From: Octopus vulgaris
Lineage: Eukaryota
Assembly (NCBI GenBank): GCA_951406725.2
Contig: OX597817.1
Location: 25,730,001-25,794,000 of the forward strand
Reading direction: 5' to 3'
Length of the DNA: 64,000 nt
Part shown: one piece after another, positions 1 to 12,948 of the stretch
How the letters are laid out: every line of letters starts with the position of its first letter
How positions within the stretch are numbered: position 1 is the stretch's first letter
Translations under genes and position numbers: made by a program
The notes under the pieces: model-generated
What the model saw: only the letters and a program-made list of their open reading frames with translations
Databases searched by the model: none
What the model was told of the DNA's origin: nothing

Positions 1-676
1 TGTCGCCTATTCCCCACTGATTGTCATATATACATTAATGCAGAAAACTTTCGAATTTTTACTAATTTATTTGGTGATTTTTGCTACTGAATATCGTCCA
101 TGTTATTGTATCATAAAAGGCCTTTTTACTACTTTGTATTATACGCTGTTATTTAGTGGTTAGGTTATTTATAACTTAGTGGACATTAAATCCAAGGTGT
201 TCCAGGAATATCCAATGCAGTGTTGGTGCTTCGGCATTCATCGATCTAGAGCAAACCTAATATATATCCCCTTTCTCCAGCGCTATAGTGTGTACCACCA
301 AGTAAAACTTTTCCCTTACTTTCTCCAGCAATTATCCTCTGTATTTTCTTTATAGTGTAAGAAGTAAGATCACACGCGGTCGTATCGTGCCGGGAATACG
401 GTCGCATACGGCTCTACTCTTAACGAAATCATTACAAGCCATAAAATACATACAACGGCAATAGAACACAAGTGGGATGACAACGAGATTTCTTTTTGAG
501 ATATATACATTATTTATTTTACATATTTTACAATCGTGTAAATGTTAAGAGTTCGTAAGTGTTAGCATGTTTTGTGTCTGTGTGTTCGTGAGGCATAAAA
601 AGGTACTGACCATAGGATTAACCACGGAACTCGGTTTACAGTTCATGTTGTTTGCATCAGTATAGCACAGGTAGAA

Positions 677-748
677 GCAGAAACAATCGCATATCTCTAA
701 GTTGAGCAGCAGGCAGAAACAATCGCATATCTCTACGTTGAGCAGTAG
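677..748. repeat. 36-bp tandem duplication
   Basis: gcagaaacaatcgcatatctcta(a/c)gttgagcag(c/t)ag occurs twice, head to tail. Confidence 0.9.
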
Positions 749-1317
749 GTGGTCTAAGTTAGTTCTTAGAAGAATTAGAACTCAAGACAGATAATTGATT
801 TACCGTTTATGAGGTACACGGAGTGTAAGGGTTCCATATCAAGATGTTGCGTCTCGTAGTTGAGATTAATTGAATCACTTGTGTTTTATCTTTCTCTTGA
901 TATGAATATACTTCCAGATATATTAACTGTAGCCGTTTTTCCCGTGGTGATATTTTCACCTAACCGCTATAGTTGAATCTGTAGTGTACAAATTAAACCT
1001 TAGTAGATAGAGACGATGTTTGGCGATGATGTCGTGTCTGTCGCTTGGTTTTTGCAGCGTCTTCATTATATATTCTGCTTGGTTATTTTTCTCTAGTTAT
1101 AGATATCCTGTAACCGTTCTTTTCGTGGTGATATTTTCACACTAACAGTATGAGAGGAATCTGTAACATCTTGTGTACAAGCTAAATCTTCGTGGATAGT
1201 TATGCTTGGTGATCGCCTGCCTTTCGAACTGGAACATGGCCGAGTATGCTCTGTGTGGTCAGAGGTTAGCCCTGAGAAGGACTAGAACCAAAGTCGGATA
1301 CTTGTCTGAGAACGCTT

Positions 1318-1470
1318 CTTTATATAAGGTTTATGTGGCTCAAAATGAACTTCAGAAATGGAAAGCTGTGATTGGCTGCTTGGAACAAATGGCGCGAAAA
1401 TAAGCGGATGCAAATCGCGTCACGTGACAACCAGCGGTGCGAACGTAGTAGAGACCACGTGTCAGCCAAT
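1318..1470 (-). promoter_or_regulatory. Candidate Pol II promoter firing leftwards
   Basis: Minus-strand TATATAAAG (1318-1326), CCAAT (1371-1375), E2F-type TTTTCGCGCC (1391-1400), octamer ATGCAAAT (1408-1415), palindromic GTCACGTGAC (1419-1428), E-box CACGTG (1456-1461), second CCAAT (1466-1470); locally CpG-rich. Confidence 0.5.
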
Positions 1471-2274
1471 CGGATTAGTGTTTACAACAATGTTAAACTA
1501 GCCGAAGATGTTTGTAATCTCGAACGAGATTATTCTTAATACTCTTCTCAAACAGTGAAGATAGCAATGAGGGAAACGATATTGCTACAATAGTAACCGA
1601 AACGTGTAATTGAAAAATTACGAATTAAAAACAATAAAATTGAAAAGTAGTTAAAGTACAAATAGAAACTTTGAATTCAATTCCATAATTGTTTTCAAAT
1701 AAATTTTTGTTGACACAGCTTACGATGACCAAGACAATAAATGGCACAAATTTTAGATTTAAATATCAGACGCACATATATCTTTGTAGAATGCAAAAAT
1801 AATATTGATCAATATGTTAATTATATTGTAAATAATTGCTCAATATTCACGGTACAACTTGTTTAATACATTCGCGAAATGCTATTTCCTTTCGAATGAG
1901 AGATTCCACCGTGTTGATACTGTTGAGGACTAAGAAGGCCAATACTTGCGAGAAGAACAAAGATGGTAAGCAAGCATCCGTGGGGGGCGGGGGCGTGATT
2001 GTTGTTGCATCTTGTGTTCTTTACGCTTTCAACTCTCCTGATTTTTAACTCCCCAAAAGCACAGCTCTGGTGATGATAGTGTAATTCCCTTTGAAAAGGT
2101 ACTTGGCTTTCATTTTTTTTACTTCAATTTCAGACAACCTGAAAGTTGAACTTCGCTATTTTTGTTTCTTTGTTTTTTGTGGGCTTTTTTTGTAACGGAG
2201 AGAGGATGTTTGTGCTAGCTTTTCGCGGTTGCTTAATTCTCTGAAGAGTTTTTGACAAAGAAATTTCCTTTTTC

Positions 2275-2687
2275 GAATCTTTTCGGTTTGAACGGCAGTT
2301 TTTAACATAATTTCTAGGTAACTAAAAAATTTTAAACTTCGTATACTGGTAGAATGTGTTTATAAAACATCTTTTTCTCTTGGCTTTATTGAGAAAATTC
2401 TATAGTTTGTAAGATATTTGTTGTTTTTTTCCTGCAATTTCTGCAATTTCAACCAATCAGTGACGTCCATTGAGGTAAACAACATTCTGTGTTGTATGAA
2501 TATGTCCCTCGTTTAAGAAACAGATTGGGTTTATTTACATTTGTGAAGAAAAAAAAGATACCCTTCCCCCTCATCTCTAACCCTAAAATAGATTGAAATG
2601 CAATAGATCGATACTAGGGTCATAATTATGGGTGACAATTTGATATGACACCGCTAGAAAAAACTGCCGTTCAAACCGAAAAGATCC
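2275..2687 (+). mobile_element. MITE, Merlin-like, copy 1
   Basis: TIR (G)GATCTTTTCGGTTTGAACGGCAGTTTT / AAAACTGCCGTTCAAACCGAAAAGATCC; 8-bp TSD cctttttc (2267-2274, 2688-2695); internal CCCTAA repeats. Confidence 0.85.
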
Positions 2688-2825
2688 CCTTTTTCTCATT
2701 AGAACTATATTTACTGACCGTCGTAGCAAGTTTCGTGATTAAGAATACTAAATTTCAATAGCTGATTTCACTAAGTCAACATTGTTAGTTACGTAGTCTT
2801 CGCATTTGATGATTATGATGGTATA

Positions 2826-3247
2826 CTCTCTACTCTCTCTTTTACTCTTTTACTTGTTTCAGTTATTTGACTGCGGCCATGCTGGAGCACCACCTTTAAT
2901 CGAGCAACTCGACCCCAGGACTTATTCTTTGTAAGCCTAGTACTTATTCTATCGGTCTCTTTTGCCGAACTGCTAAGTGACAGGGACGTAAACACACCAG
3001 CATCGGTTGTCAAGCAATGCTAGGGGGACAAACACACACACACACACATACACACATATATATATATATATATATACATATATACGACAGGCTTCTTTCA
3101 GTTTCCATCTACCAAATCCACTCACAAGGCTTTGGTCGGCCCGAGGCTATAGTAGAAGACACTTGCTCAAGATGCCACGCAGTGGGACTGAACCCGGAAC
3201 CATGTGGTTGGTTAGCAAGCTACTTACCACACAGCCACTCCTGCGCC
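2826..3247 (-). mobile_element. tRNA-derived SINE family A (internal (TA)n/(CA)n tract)
   Basis: Head GGCGCAGGAGTGGCTGTGTGG...GGTTCAGTCCC with A/B-box-like motifs; tail ...TGACTGAAACAAGTAAAAGAG; many near-identical copies in the window. Confidence 0.9.
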
Positions 3248-3254
3248 ATAAACA

Positions 3255-3900
3255 AAAGCATGTAGGTTTTGTTTATGGAAGCGGTCTACCTTCTTGACGC
3301 CCGAGGAAAAAATTGTTCATTTTCAAAACTATGTTCAGATGACAACAGCCTTTCAAATACTGAATGATTGATACAATTCTGTGTTCCACATTCTTTTTAG
3401 ACGTACGTGTGTTAGAAAGACTAAGATAGGGCGATCAGCTCGTAAGATATATCTTATTAGATAAGTGGACGTCGAAATTAGGTACAATGGCTTTGGGAGC
3501 AGGTTAGGAGAGGAGTAAATTATTCTTGGTATTCATAACGAGACCAAGTCAATTATATCCAGGTGTTGACTGATTGCTAGAGTTCCTGATGTGTGTGATA
3601 GGGAGCAACGTGTCATCAGCGTATTGAAAACAGAGATATATTGCATAGTGATGAGTCGATGGGTTAAAAGTCTGGCTATGTTAAGGAGTCCACCATCAAA
3701 CAGATATCTGATATCGACACCTTGGGGAAGTTCAAAAAGTATTGTAAGGAAAAGAGAACACAGGCAAGAACCTAAACCTGCTTCAAAATACATGTAACGA
3801 GAAAGTGTTCAGAGAGTTAGTTATGATAAACAAAGCAGCATTTCCCCGTGCAGAGCAGTAAAGTGAGGGACCATCCACATGGTTCCTCTTTCATTCACAA
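3255..3900 (-). pseudogene. RTE-clade LINE reverse transcriptase remnant
   Basis: ORF 3533-3793 reads GSCLCSLF...GVDIRYLFDGGLLNIARL, resembling RTE RT (QGC.LAP.LF...GV.IRYR.DG.LFN.RL); flanking frames are broken. Confidence 0.65.
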
Positions 3901-3949
3901 ACTAACACTTTTCTTTGGGATGATAATTCGGTTTAACAAAACACAATTA

Positions 3950-4646
3950 TCTATATATATATAAAGCTGAAGTTGTCTGTGGTGGGGGGCAGCTTTGGTA
4001 GCCTTCAACTAACACTATCTCCTCCGAGACACTGCGGCGCAAGTTGATCAAAATTGAGAGTATGATAGAAGAAAGCTTGCTCTTCATTCATTCCATGGAA
4101 GAAAAAATTCAAATCGGACCGTGTTAAGACCAAAAATTATTTACATCAAAAAGGTGCTTTTTTTTCTATGAAAATCCCTATTTTTTACGATTTTTTGACT
4201 GCTATATCGCCATTTTTCGTTGTATTTCAACCAGAAAAATGTTCACTTAAAGAGAATAACAAGCTACATAATGCTAAATTTTTACTTTCAAAAAATTCCA
4301 ATTCTAAAGGGTCGAAAATAATTTTTTTGTGATGTTATTGGTTTTGAGTGAACGACGGATCAGCCGATCCAATGCAGAGGAGTAATGTTCGCTGCGTGAA
4401 TGCACTAATTTTCAAGGTCGTCAACTGCTACAACGTTGAGTACAATTTAGCAATTTCCATCGATTATTTGTGAGAAAAACTAATTGCACTAGCGTAAGAC
4501 AGAACATTTTGCTTAATCATTTGGACTGCACTGCCTTTGTATGCTGCAACACATAGTTGCTGTGACTTTGTTAACGCGACATCAAAGTCTGCCGGTTTAA
4601 GTGTAACTAAAAAACAAACGCGAGCAACGCCGGGCTATACTGCTAA
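3950..4646 (+). mobile_element. Non-autonomous Helitron-like element
   Basis: 5' TCTATATATATAAA; 3' subterminal motif CGAGCAACGCCGGG then TACTGCTAA (CTAG variant); no TSD. Confidence 0.7.
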
Positions 4647-4674
4647 TATATGTATATGTATATATATATATATA

Positions 4675-5071
4675 TCTTTATATATAAAAGAGAGGTTGTG
4701 TGTCTGTCTCCTACGATTTAGATTCCTAACTACTCCCACATTTTGAGGTGCAGTTTAACCAAAACCGGGTATATTATAGTCGTGATTCATATCGAGCCCT
4801 CCTGGGTATTAGCGCGCGTCTACGATGAGTCTACGATTTTTTAAAAAAATTACCATCATTTTTTCCATTTTAATGCATTTTATCGCTATTATATAAGGGA
4901 AGTAACTCTCTAAAAATGTCTATGATGAGTCAACGATTTAAAAAAAAATTTACCATAATTTTTTTCCGTTTTTAATGCATTTTTTTGCTACTTTTTTGGC
5001 TATAACTCTCTAAAAATGCTTATATAGTTATTTCCCTTACAAACCCGAGCAACGCCGGGCGATACTGCTAG
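4675..5071 (+). mobile_element. Non-autonomous Helitron-like element
   Basis: 5' TC; 3' hairpin CCCGAGCAACGCCGGG + CGATACTGCTAG; inserted at an A|T site; no TSD. Confidence 0.8.
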
Positions 5072-5189
5072 TATATATATATATATATTTGTTTAAACAA
5101 CACTGAATATACATAGATATATCCATAGATGTGTACATGCACACATGTATATTATAAGTGCGTGTGTATTTACATATAATAATCCTTTC

Positions 5190-5372
5190 TCCCATAGGCA
5201 CAAGGCCTCAAATTTTGGGAGAGGTAGATTGTCCCCGTGCTCAACAGCTACTTATTTAATCGACACGGAAATGGCCAAAGGCAAAGTCGATATCTGCATT
5301 ATTTGAACGTAAAGCCGGAAGGAATGCCGCTGAACATTTGGCCCAGCATGGTAACAGTTCTGCCAAGCTTGT
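5190..5372 (-). mobile_element. Degenerate SINE family B
   Basis: Diverged match to the 11643 and 22531 copies (aaaggcaaagtcga...ttctgccaagcttg). Confidence 0.6.
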
Positions 5373-6501
5373 CACCTCATATTCACATATAACAATAATA
5401 TCAGAAACATCACTAACATGAAATATTTTGAAAATGTCACGAAAGCATTTTTTGAGCAAAGCATTTTTGTACAAAGCATTTTCAAATTAAAGTCAATAAG
5501 TATCGGAAATCTCTAAGCTAAGGGATATTAGAGATTGCGTTAATGTAATTGATCATAATGGAAAACTCAGAACAGGCCATAAAATTTATTGTTAATGTCA
5601 GTTTTGTTTTTACATAGAGCTTATAGGTGTGTTTGTTTAAATTAAGTTTTATCTAAGATATTTATGACCTTTGGGATTGTATTTTTAAGTAATTTTTGGT
5701 TTACAATGTTAAAGCTTGTTTAAGAGGTATTTCCTAAACCTAATGGGTGTCCAATATCGTTTGGTGCAACGACTAATCTATCATCTCATTCTAATTAGAT
5801 ATTGAAGCTGGTGAATCAATTAGATAAAACACACTTCATTTCGTGGCCGATGGAATTACATATATTTATAGTTTGCTTTTCTTTTTTGGGGTGGGATGAC
5901 TTACGACCGCATGCTAAGGATGAATGTACTTCTTAAATTTGTTTTTACCTAGGTCTAATTCACAGGCATCAAAGATTAAAGTCTTCCTAACAAGCACGAG
6001 GATTTCTAAGTGCATGTCATCTAATTATATCTTTTAGGTAAGCATATTGTGACACTAAGTAGAGAATGTATTACCACTGTATAGAAATCTCCAGTTACGA
6101 ATCGTGTACATCTAAAGGCTTGTTTGTTGCTTATGTTCTTAAACTAATTAATTACTACGTTGCTATCCTTTCATCATTGTTAAATAGATGTATTTCTGAT
6201 GCTCTTGTAGCGAGGCCAATTTCTATTATGATTTCTTTTATTAAGCACTCGGGCTCATACTTAGAGGGGACAGCACAAGGACAGGCAGCACACCACAGTG
6301 GGGACATAAAACAGAGAACAAACGAATGAAGGATGGATTATAACAATGAAAATGAAATGGCTTTCCTGCTCCCCAATCGAAGGTAATATCATTTAAATGT
6401 TTTTCGTTAAACGTTTATAAATCAGTTCTTTTCTTTTTGCATCTGTTTTTACTGTCATTAACAATTTTAAAAATAATTTGCTTACTTTCTCCTTTTTATC
6501 A

Positions 6502-7014
6502 TCTATATATATAAAACTGTAGTTGTGTGAGTGTCTGTCCCCTTCGATTTAGATTCCTAACTACTCCCACATTTTGCGGTGCAGTTTAACCAAATTCGGG
6601 TATCTTATAGTCGTGATTCATATCGAGCCCGTCTGAGTATTAGCGCGCGTCTACGATGAGTCTACGATTTTAAAAATAATTTAACATAATTTTTTATTCC
6701 ATTTTAATGCATAATTTTTCGTGTGTCGATGGCGGCGGAGTTGGCGTCCATGGTCACACCTGCACCTGTTTGCTTCTCCCCCTTCTTCCCTCCCTCGTGA
6801 AGCTGTGGGGAAGGGAGTGTAAGGAAATCAACGTCGTAAAGCGTTGTCCAGGAGACCAGCGTTCTTTTAGAACAACGACTTCATGGCTTGAAGACACCAA
6901 AACAGAAATGGCTAAGAAAGCCCGAATTGGCATCTATAAGGGAAGTAACTCTCTAAAAATGCTTATATAGTTATTTCCCTTACAAACCCAAGCAACGCCG
7001 GGCGATACTGCTAG
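6502..7014 (+). mobile_element. Non-autonomous Helitron-like element
   Basis: Same 5' half and 3' hairpin+CTAG as 4675-5071, with a different internal segment (about 6720-6930). Confidence 0.8.
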
Positions 7015-7625
7015 TTTTATATACGACAACAGATCTTCAAACTCTACTACTGGTGGCAAGTCGTCGAAAGGTTCCAGTAGGAGATTGGAGCTTGGAGTGT
7101 AACCCATCTCTCTGCTTCATTGCATGTTTGTATTTTGTCCGTGTTTTTGCTTCATTCGATTTCATTATATCAAATAAATTTTTAAAAGTTATATCATTGT
7201 GTGTCTGACCTTAAACAGGCTGTATTGTCCCCCTCTGTGTTTTGCCCCTTGTGGGTAATAAAGAAATTCAGAGAGGTGAGCGATTATCATGAAGGTGAGC
7301 CATGTTATTTTGCTGCTGTAATTCACCAGAGCAAAATTAAAATAACGGAGCACATGTAACGCACGACAACACGAGCTAAATTACCCAAATGATGGATGAA
7401 GTATATAATCACCAGAATTCTTGATGTTTCACTTTGCCCACTGTATTATTTAACGAAGTAATAAAGTCCCACTGTTATTTCTAAAGTTCGTTTCTTGTAT
7501 TATTTCCACGAGTGAACACGCAACATATATTATAGAATGGTATGCAAAATTCTGTAGTAAAACCAAGAGATACTTTATACAGTGCTATTAGACTCTCATT
7601 GATTTTTACCTTGCTCTTTTTTTTC

Positions 7626-7830
7626 ACTCTTTTTACTTGTTTCAGTCATTTGACTGCGGCCATGCTGGAGCGCCGCCTTTTTAGTCGAGCAAATCGACCC
7701 CGGGACTTATACTCTGTAAGCCCAGTACTTATTCTATCGGTCTCTTTTGCCGAACCGCTAAGTTACGGGGACGTAAACACACCAGCATCGGTTATCAAGC
7801 AATGCTAGGGGGACTAACACAGACACACAA

Positions 7831-7897
<67 letters not shown>

Positions 7898-8060
7898 CGA
7901 CAGGCTTCTTTCAGTTTCCGTCTACCAAATCCACTCACAAGGCACTGGTCGGCCCGGGGCTATAGCAGAAGACACTTGCCCAAGATGCCACGCAGTGGGA
8001 CTGAACCCGGAACCATGTGGTTGGTTAGCAAGCTACTTACCACACAGCCACTCCTGCGCC
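7626..8060 (-). mobile_element. SINE family A
   Basis: Near-identical to 2826-3247. Confidence 0.9.
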
Positions 8061-8857
8061 TATTCTTAAAATTTTTTAATTATTGTTTTTCTGTTTTAGC
8101 TGGATTTATTACTATATATCTGGTATTAATGTTAATATCTTCTTTGATATCCCTACTTTTGTGTAACGCCTTTTATTTTGTTCCATTCTCTAATTTTATT
8201 TCCTTGGTTACATCTTTTGACTCACTGTTTACGTTATATGTAGTGTCATATAAGAATGTAAAGTACTTTACTGATTCAGTTATTCAGTTTATATCCAGCG
8301 AATTCAGTTTCATAGTTACATTCTTATCATAAAACATTGTGTTAAAAGTATTCTTAAAATTTTTAACACCTACTCTACATATATTCAGGAATGTGTTATT
8401 ATGCCTACTGAAATTGATGAAAGTGCCTACGTTTAATAGGCTGACAGGAAAAGGTGCTAAATCTTTTATATTGATGATGTTATAGTAATTGAAGTTGTAT
8501 TATTCGAGTTGAAGGAAACGGCATCTTATCAAACAGATAAGCAGAAAGCAAGAATTACGTAAGAAGGTAGAGGTCATGTTCTGGCAGGGATCCTCCAGCC
8601 ACACGTCTTCCTTCAGGAATGTAATTAAAAAAAACAACACGGCTATTGGCTAATTACGTATGATGGCTAAAAGAGTACAATGTCGACTATGAAAACTGAT
8701 AATGCAAGAACGAAGAGCATATATAGACGGTACGAGACGTGGTCAGTTATACATTGTCGAAAAAATAACCATACAGAAAAGCATTAGTGGCTTAACAAAA
8801 TATTCAAATGCAAAATATGTATTTTATAGTAGTTGTCACCATTTAAGCAAGTTTTTT

Positions 8858-9268
8858 GGATCTTTTCAGTTTGAACGGCAGTTTTTTCTAGCGGTGTCAT
8901 ATGAAATTGTCACCCATGATTATGACCCAAGAATCGATCTATTGCATTTCAATCTCTTTTAGGGTTAGGGTGGGGGAAGGGTATCTTTTTTTCTTCACAA
9001 ATGAAAATAAACCCAATCTGTTTCTTAAACGAGGGACATATTCATACGGCACAGAATGCTTTTTACCTCAATAGACGTCACTGATTGGTTGAAATTGCAG
9101 AAATTGAAGAAAAAACAACAACAAATATCTTACAAACTATAGAATTTTCTCAATAAAGCCAAGAGAAAAAGCTGTTTTATAAATACATTCTACCAGTATA
9201 GGAAGTTTAAAATTTTTTTAGTTACGTGGAAATTATTTTAAAAAATGCCGGTCAAACCGAAAAGATCC
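8858..9268 (-). mobile_element. MITE, Merlin-like, copy 2
   Basis: Reverse complement of 2275-2687 with the same TIRs; TSD not evident. Confidence 0.8.
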
Positions 9269-9568
9269 TAAAACAATTTAGAATTGGACAAGCCAACTTA
9301 ATAGCGTGAAATCCGAATTACTATTATCGCAATATAGCCGTCTCTTACGTTTTATGATCGCCATCTTTTCTTCATTGCTTCTCATAGTAAAGCCATTTTT
9401 CAAGGTAAATAGAACAGCTCTGTTTTATGGTAAATTTACTGATGCAAGGAAAGTAATTTAGCAGTCAAGAGATAATTTATGCTTTTATATATCAATGGCA
9501 TTTTAGTTACATCATGGTCGTTTAAAGTAAATTATCGTTACCTGACGATCTTCCTCGAAAAACATTTG

Positions 9569-9988
9569 GGATCTTTTCGGTTTGAACGGCAGTTTTTAAC
9601 ATAATTTCTAGGTAACTAAAAAAAATTTAAACTTCGTATACTGGTAGAATGTGTTTACAAAACATCTTTTTCTCTTGGCTTTATTGAGAAAATTCTATAG
9701 TTTGTAATATATTTGTTGTTTTTTTTTATCCAATTTCTGCAAGTTCAACCAATCTGTGACGTCTATTGAGTTAAAAAGCATTCTGTGCCGTATGAATATG
9801 TCCCTCGTTTAAGAAACAGATTGGGCTTATTTTCATTTGTGAAGAAAAAAAGATACCCTTCCCCCCACCCCTAACCCTAACCCTAAAAGAGATTGAAATG
9901 CAATAGATCGATTCTAGGGTCATAATTATGGGTGACAATTTCATATGACACCGCTAGAAAAAAACTGTCGTTCAGACCGAAAAGATCC
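9569..9988 (+). mobile_element. MITE, Merlin-like, copy 3
   Basis: Same TIRs; TSD aacatttg / aacatttc; internal (CCCTAA)3. Confidence 0.85.
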
Positions 9989-10669
9989 AACATTTCTCAG
10001 AAATATTGTTTAAAATAAGTTATTGAAAATTGCAGGTGGAACTTCAGTTTCAGAGATATAAATCATATTATTTACTCTTTGTATCAAATTCTACTTCCAT
10101 GTATTGAGTAATTCTCATTACAATCGAATCACTCACACACACACGAATACATGTATCTAAAAGTGAACATTTCGGTGTGAACAAGGAGTAAAGAAATGCT
10201 TTTACTTCAATCAAAGCTTGTCTAATTATTTAAATATTTTTACCTCATCGCTTTTGACACCTACCTTTCGTTCTATTCGTCTTTATTATCTAAATATTGG
10301 CAATAATAAACTTAAAGTAACGATTTTTATGAAGATTCGGCTTCCTATATCACACATATGTACGCATGCATGTATATATGCACACACATAAATATAATCT
10401 TGACAGGGAAAGCCTGAAAGAGAGAGGTTGAATGAGAAAGTGTGAAACAAGTGTTCTGTCATTTTGGATCAGCATCCACCTACCTAAGAAGATTTTCTTG
10501 AATTTAGATAATCATGTGTTACTTGAAAATAATAGAAATAAGGAATTTAATATTGGAAATCAAAAAAATAAAGCAACAAATAACACATAATAGAATCAAA
10601 CCGCGAAGAAATTGTGAAAAACTAAAGTGGAAGCTAGAAACTAAATGAACAATTCAATGCGGACCTATG

Positions 10670-10715
<46 letters not shown>

Positions 10716-11642
10716 TATGCATGCGTACGTGAGAGAGAGAGAGAGTTTCTGCTGATGTGTGTGTATTTGTATATTAAACGTTTGTTACGTGTGTCTATTT
10801 ACAACTGAGAATGAAGGAAATAGGTTTAGCGAGAGTAAGATAGAGGAAAGATTGGGTTTCTAATTTTATTCTAGGTTAATTAAGATCATGACAACAACTA
10901 AAAATATCATTAAGACAGCTTTCTTTTATTTATTTATTTATTTATTTGTTGAATGCTATTCTTCTCCCTTCCACCCTTCGTACACATCAACATCAGTCTA
11001 TTATATATATTTTTAAAAATATTTTTATTTGGTAGAATCTGAAAAAAATTAACTTCGCTTTCTTTTGTTTTGTATGTTATGGTGATTTTTTAATGAAGAA
11101 ATTGAAATGATATCCAGAGTTTGCCTTTTTTTTTGTTTTTATTTATTTATTCTTCTATCTTTCTCGGTATTCTTTTCTCTGTATTCTCCTTTGTTTTATC
11201 GTGTTGATTTCCTTGGAAAAATCACTGAATATATCTTGCAGCTGACTTTTGGAATGCTAGTGACAGGCAGAAAAGGAATGGGAATGGGATTGGATTGAGA
11301 ATGGTAGGAAGAAGAGAAGATATAATAGAAAGAATTAGAATGGGGGTGGCGGGGATTGTGGAACAATCGAGAAAACGAAAGAGAGAGGGAGACTGTAAGA
11401 AAGAAAGAATAAAATGAACAAAGAATCGAAGTTTGTGGAGCTTAGAGATAAGTGGGAAAGCGAAGCATACTCAACGTTATAGAAGAGAAGTGGTCTGAGG
11501 AATACGATGCAGATATACACCTCATGGACAAATTATTGTCTGGCTGGATATCTCTCTGAAACCGTATATATGCCTGCTGTGACGCATGCTCATGGATGAG
11601 CGCGTGCATGTGTGTGTGTGTGTACGTGTATCTAAAAAGACA

Positions 11643-11855
11643 AGGCGAGCTGGTAGAATCGTTAGCACGCCGGGCTAAATACTTAGCAGTATTTCGCCTG
11701 CGGTTACGTTCTGAGTTCAAATTCCGCCGAGGTCGACTTTGCCTTTCATCCTTTCGGGGTCGATTAAATAAGTACCAGTTACGCACTGGAGTCGATATAA
11801 TAGACTTAATCCGTTTGTCCCCTCTGTGTTTAGCCCCTTGTGGGTAGTAAAGAAA
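11643..11855 (+). mobile_element. SINE family B (tRNA-like head, Deu/Nin-like central domain)
   Basis: GGCGAGCTGG..GTTAGCAC..GAGTTCAAATTCC head; core GCCTTTCATCCTTTCGGGGTCGAT..AAGTACCAG resembling the Deu/Nin SINE domain (from memory); tail CCCCTTGTGGGTAGTAAAGAAA. Confidence 0.85.
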
Positions 11856-11869
11856 GAGTATCTAAAAAG

Positions 11870-12948
11870 ACAATTAGTATCTATGTCATCAGCGACGATT
11901 ACCGTAAGAATGGATTCAATGTGATAAAGGATTTCGACATTTCGAGTTTTAATATTTCTTTAGTATTCCTCATCCAGGATCAGAAGGAATCACTAAAACA
12001 TTTAATTCCTTACTTTACACAGAGTAATCATATTTCTGGTTTTGCTAATAATATTTCTGTCAGGCTAATTAATACCAGTAAGTTGGATATAGTTTGATTT
12101 TGTTATAGAATATTAATACCTAAGATTAGATCAGTGGCCACTTTAGCTTTGTGAAGTAATTCGTTTGTAGTGACGGATTGTTTTAAGTGTATAGCTAATA
12201 AAGGCCGCACCAGATTGATCCAGTCATAAATAAATAATTAACATTACTGGTACTACATTGGGTTATTAATTTTACTAAAACTATTGTGGATATTAAGGAT
12301 TTCCGAGAGACGTAATTATCCATGATCGAAAAACTGTTAAAAGCTGATGACTATTTGGAAAAATTTTCGGTGAGAATCCCGTTTGATGTGAGTAACGGTT
12401 GAACCATTCGGCTGAGGTCACTGAACTTATCAGGCTATGTATACTGTTCCAACTGAAAGGAGAATTATCCAATTTAGAAGGAGATCTATGCTGTCCATGT
12501 CTATTGACCTGAACCACGTGCGGCTTCTGTGCGACAGAAGGGATTTGGGAGAATCGGATCCTATTTTTTCCAGGTTTTTTCAATCAAACACCTTAGGCAT
12601 AAATCCATCTATACTGAAATTTGTGTCTGTGAGTATGAATCTGCCCAATGAATTATTTTACTTCTTTAGAAAACCCAACGAGAGTGTAAGTTATAATGAA
12701 TTTTCCAACCATTTCACAAACATTAAAAAATTGCTTTATAATATCTTGTTTATCTGCTATCTAACACTTTGATAAGTATTACTCAGCACATTATAACGAG
12801 GAAAAAGCCTGAAATAGATTTAGGAAGAATAGTCCAAAGAATACTAGTTCGTATAACTAAAATCATTTTCTCTTACGCAAAAAGCATTTCACCATATAAC
12901 ATAGGTATTATAAGATTTTTAATAGAAGTAAGATCTATAAATCTATAT
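11870..12948 (+). pseudogene. Decayed leucine-rich-repeat (Toll-like/Slit-like) coding remnant
   Basis: Broken frames give LRR-like QSNHISGFANNISVRLINTSKLDI; LRRCT-like ENPV*CE*RL...LCILFQLKGELSNL...LCCPC (12372-12500, one frame); LRRNT-like VRLLCDRRDL; later IRFLIEVRSINL. Many stops and frameshifts. Confidence 0.4.

Noticed and set aside
7802-8332. 176-aa ORF with hydrophobic C-terminus
   Set aside because: Antisense read-through of SINE A into T-rich flank; the same peptide recurs at every SINE copy.
9869-9886. (CCCTAA)3 as a telomere or fusion relic
   Set aside because: Internal to a dispersed MITE and present in each copy.
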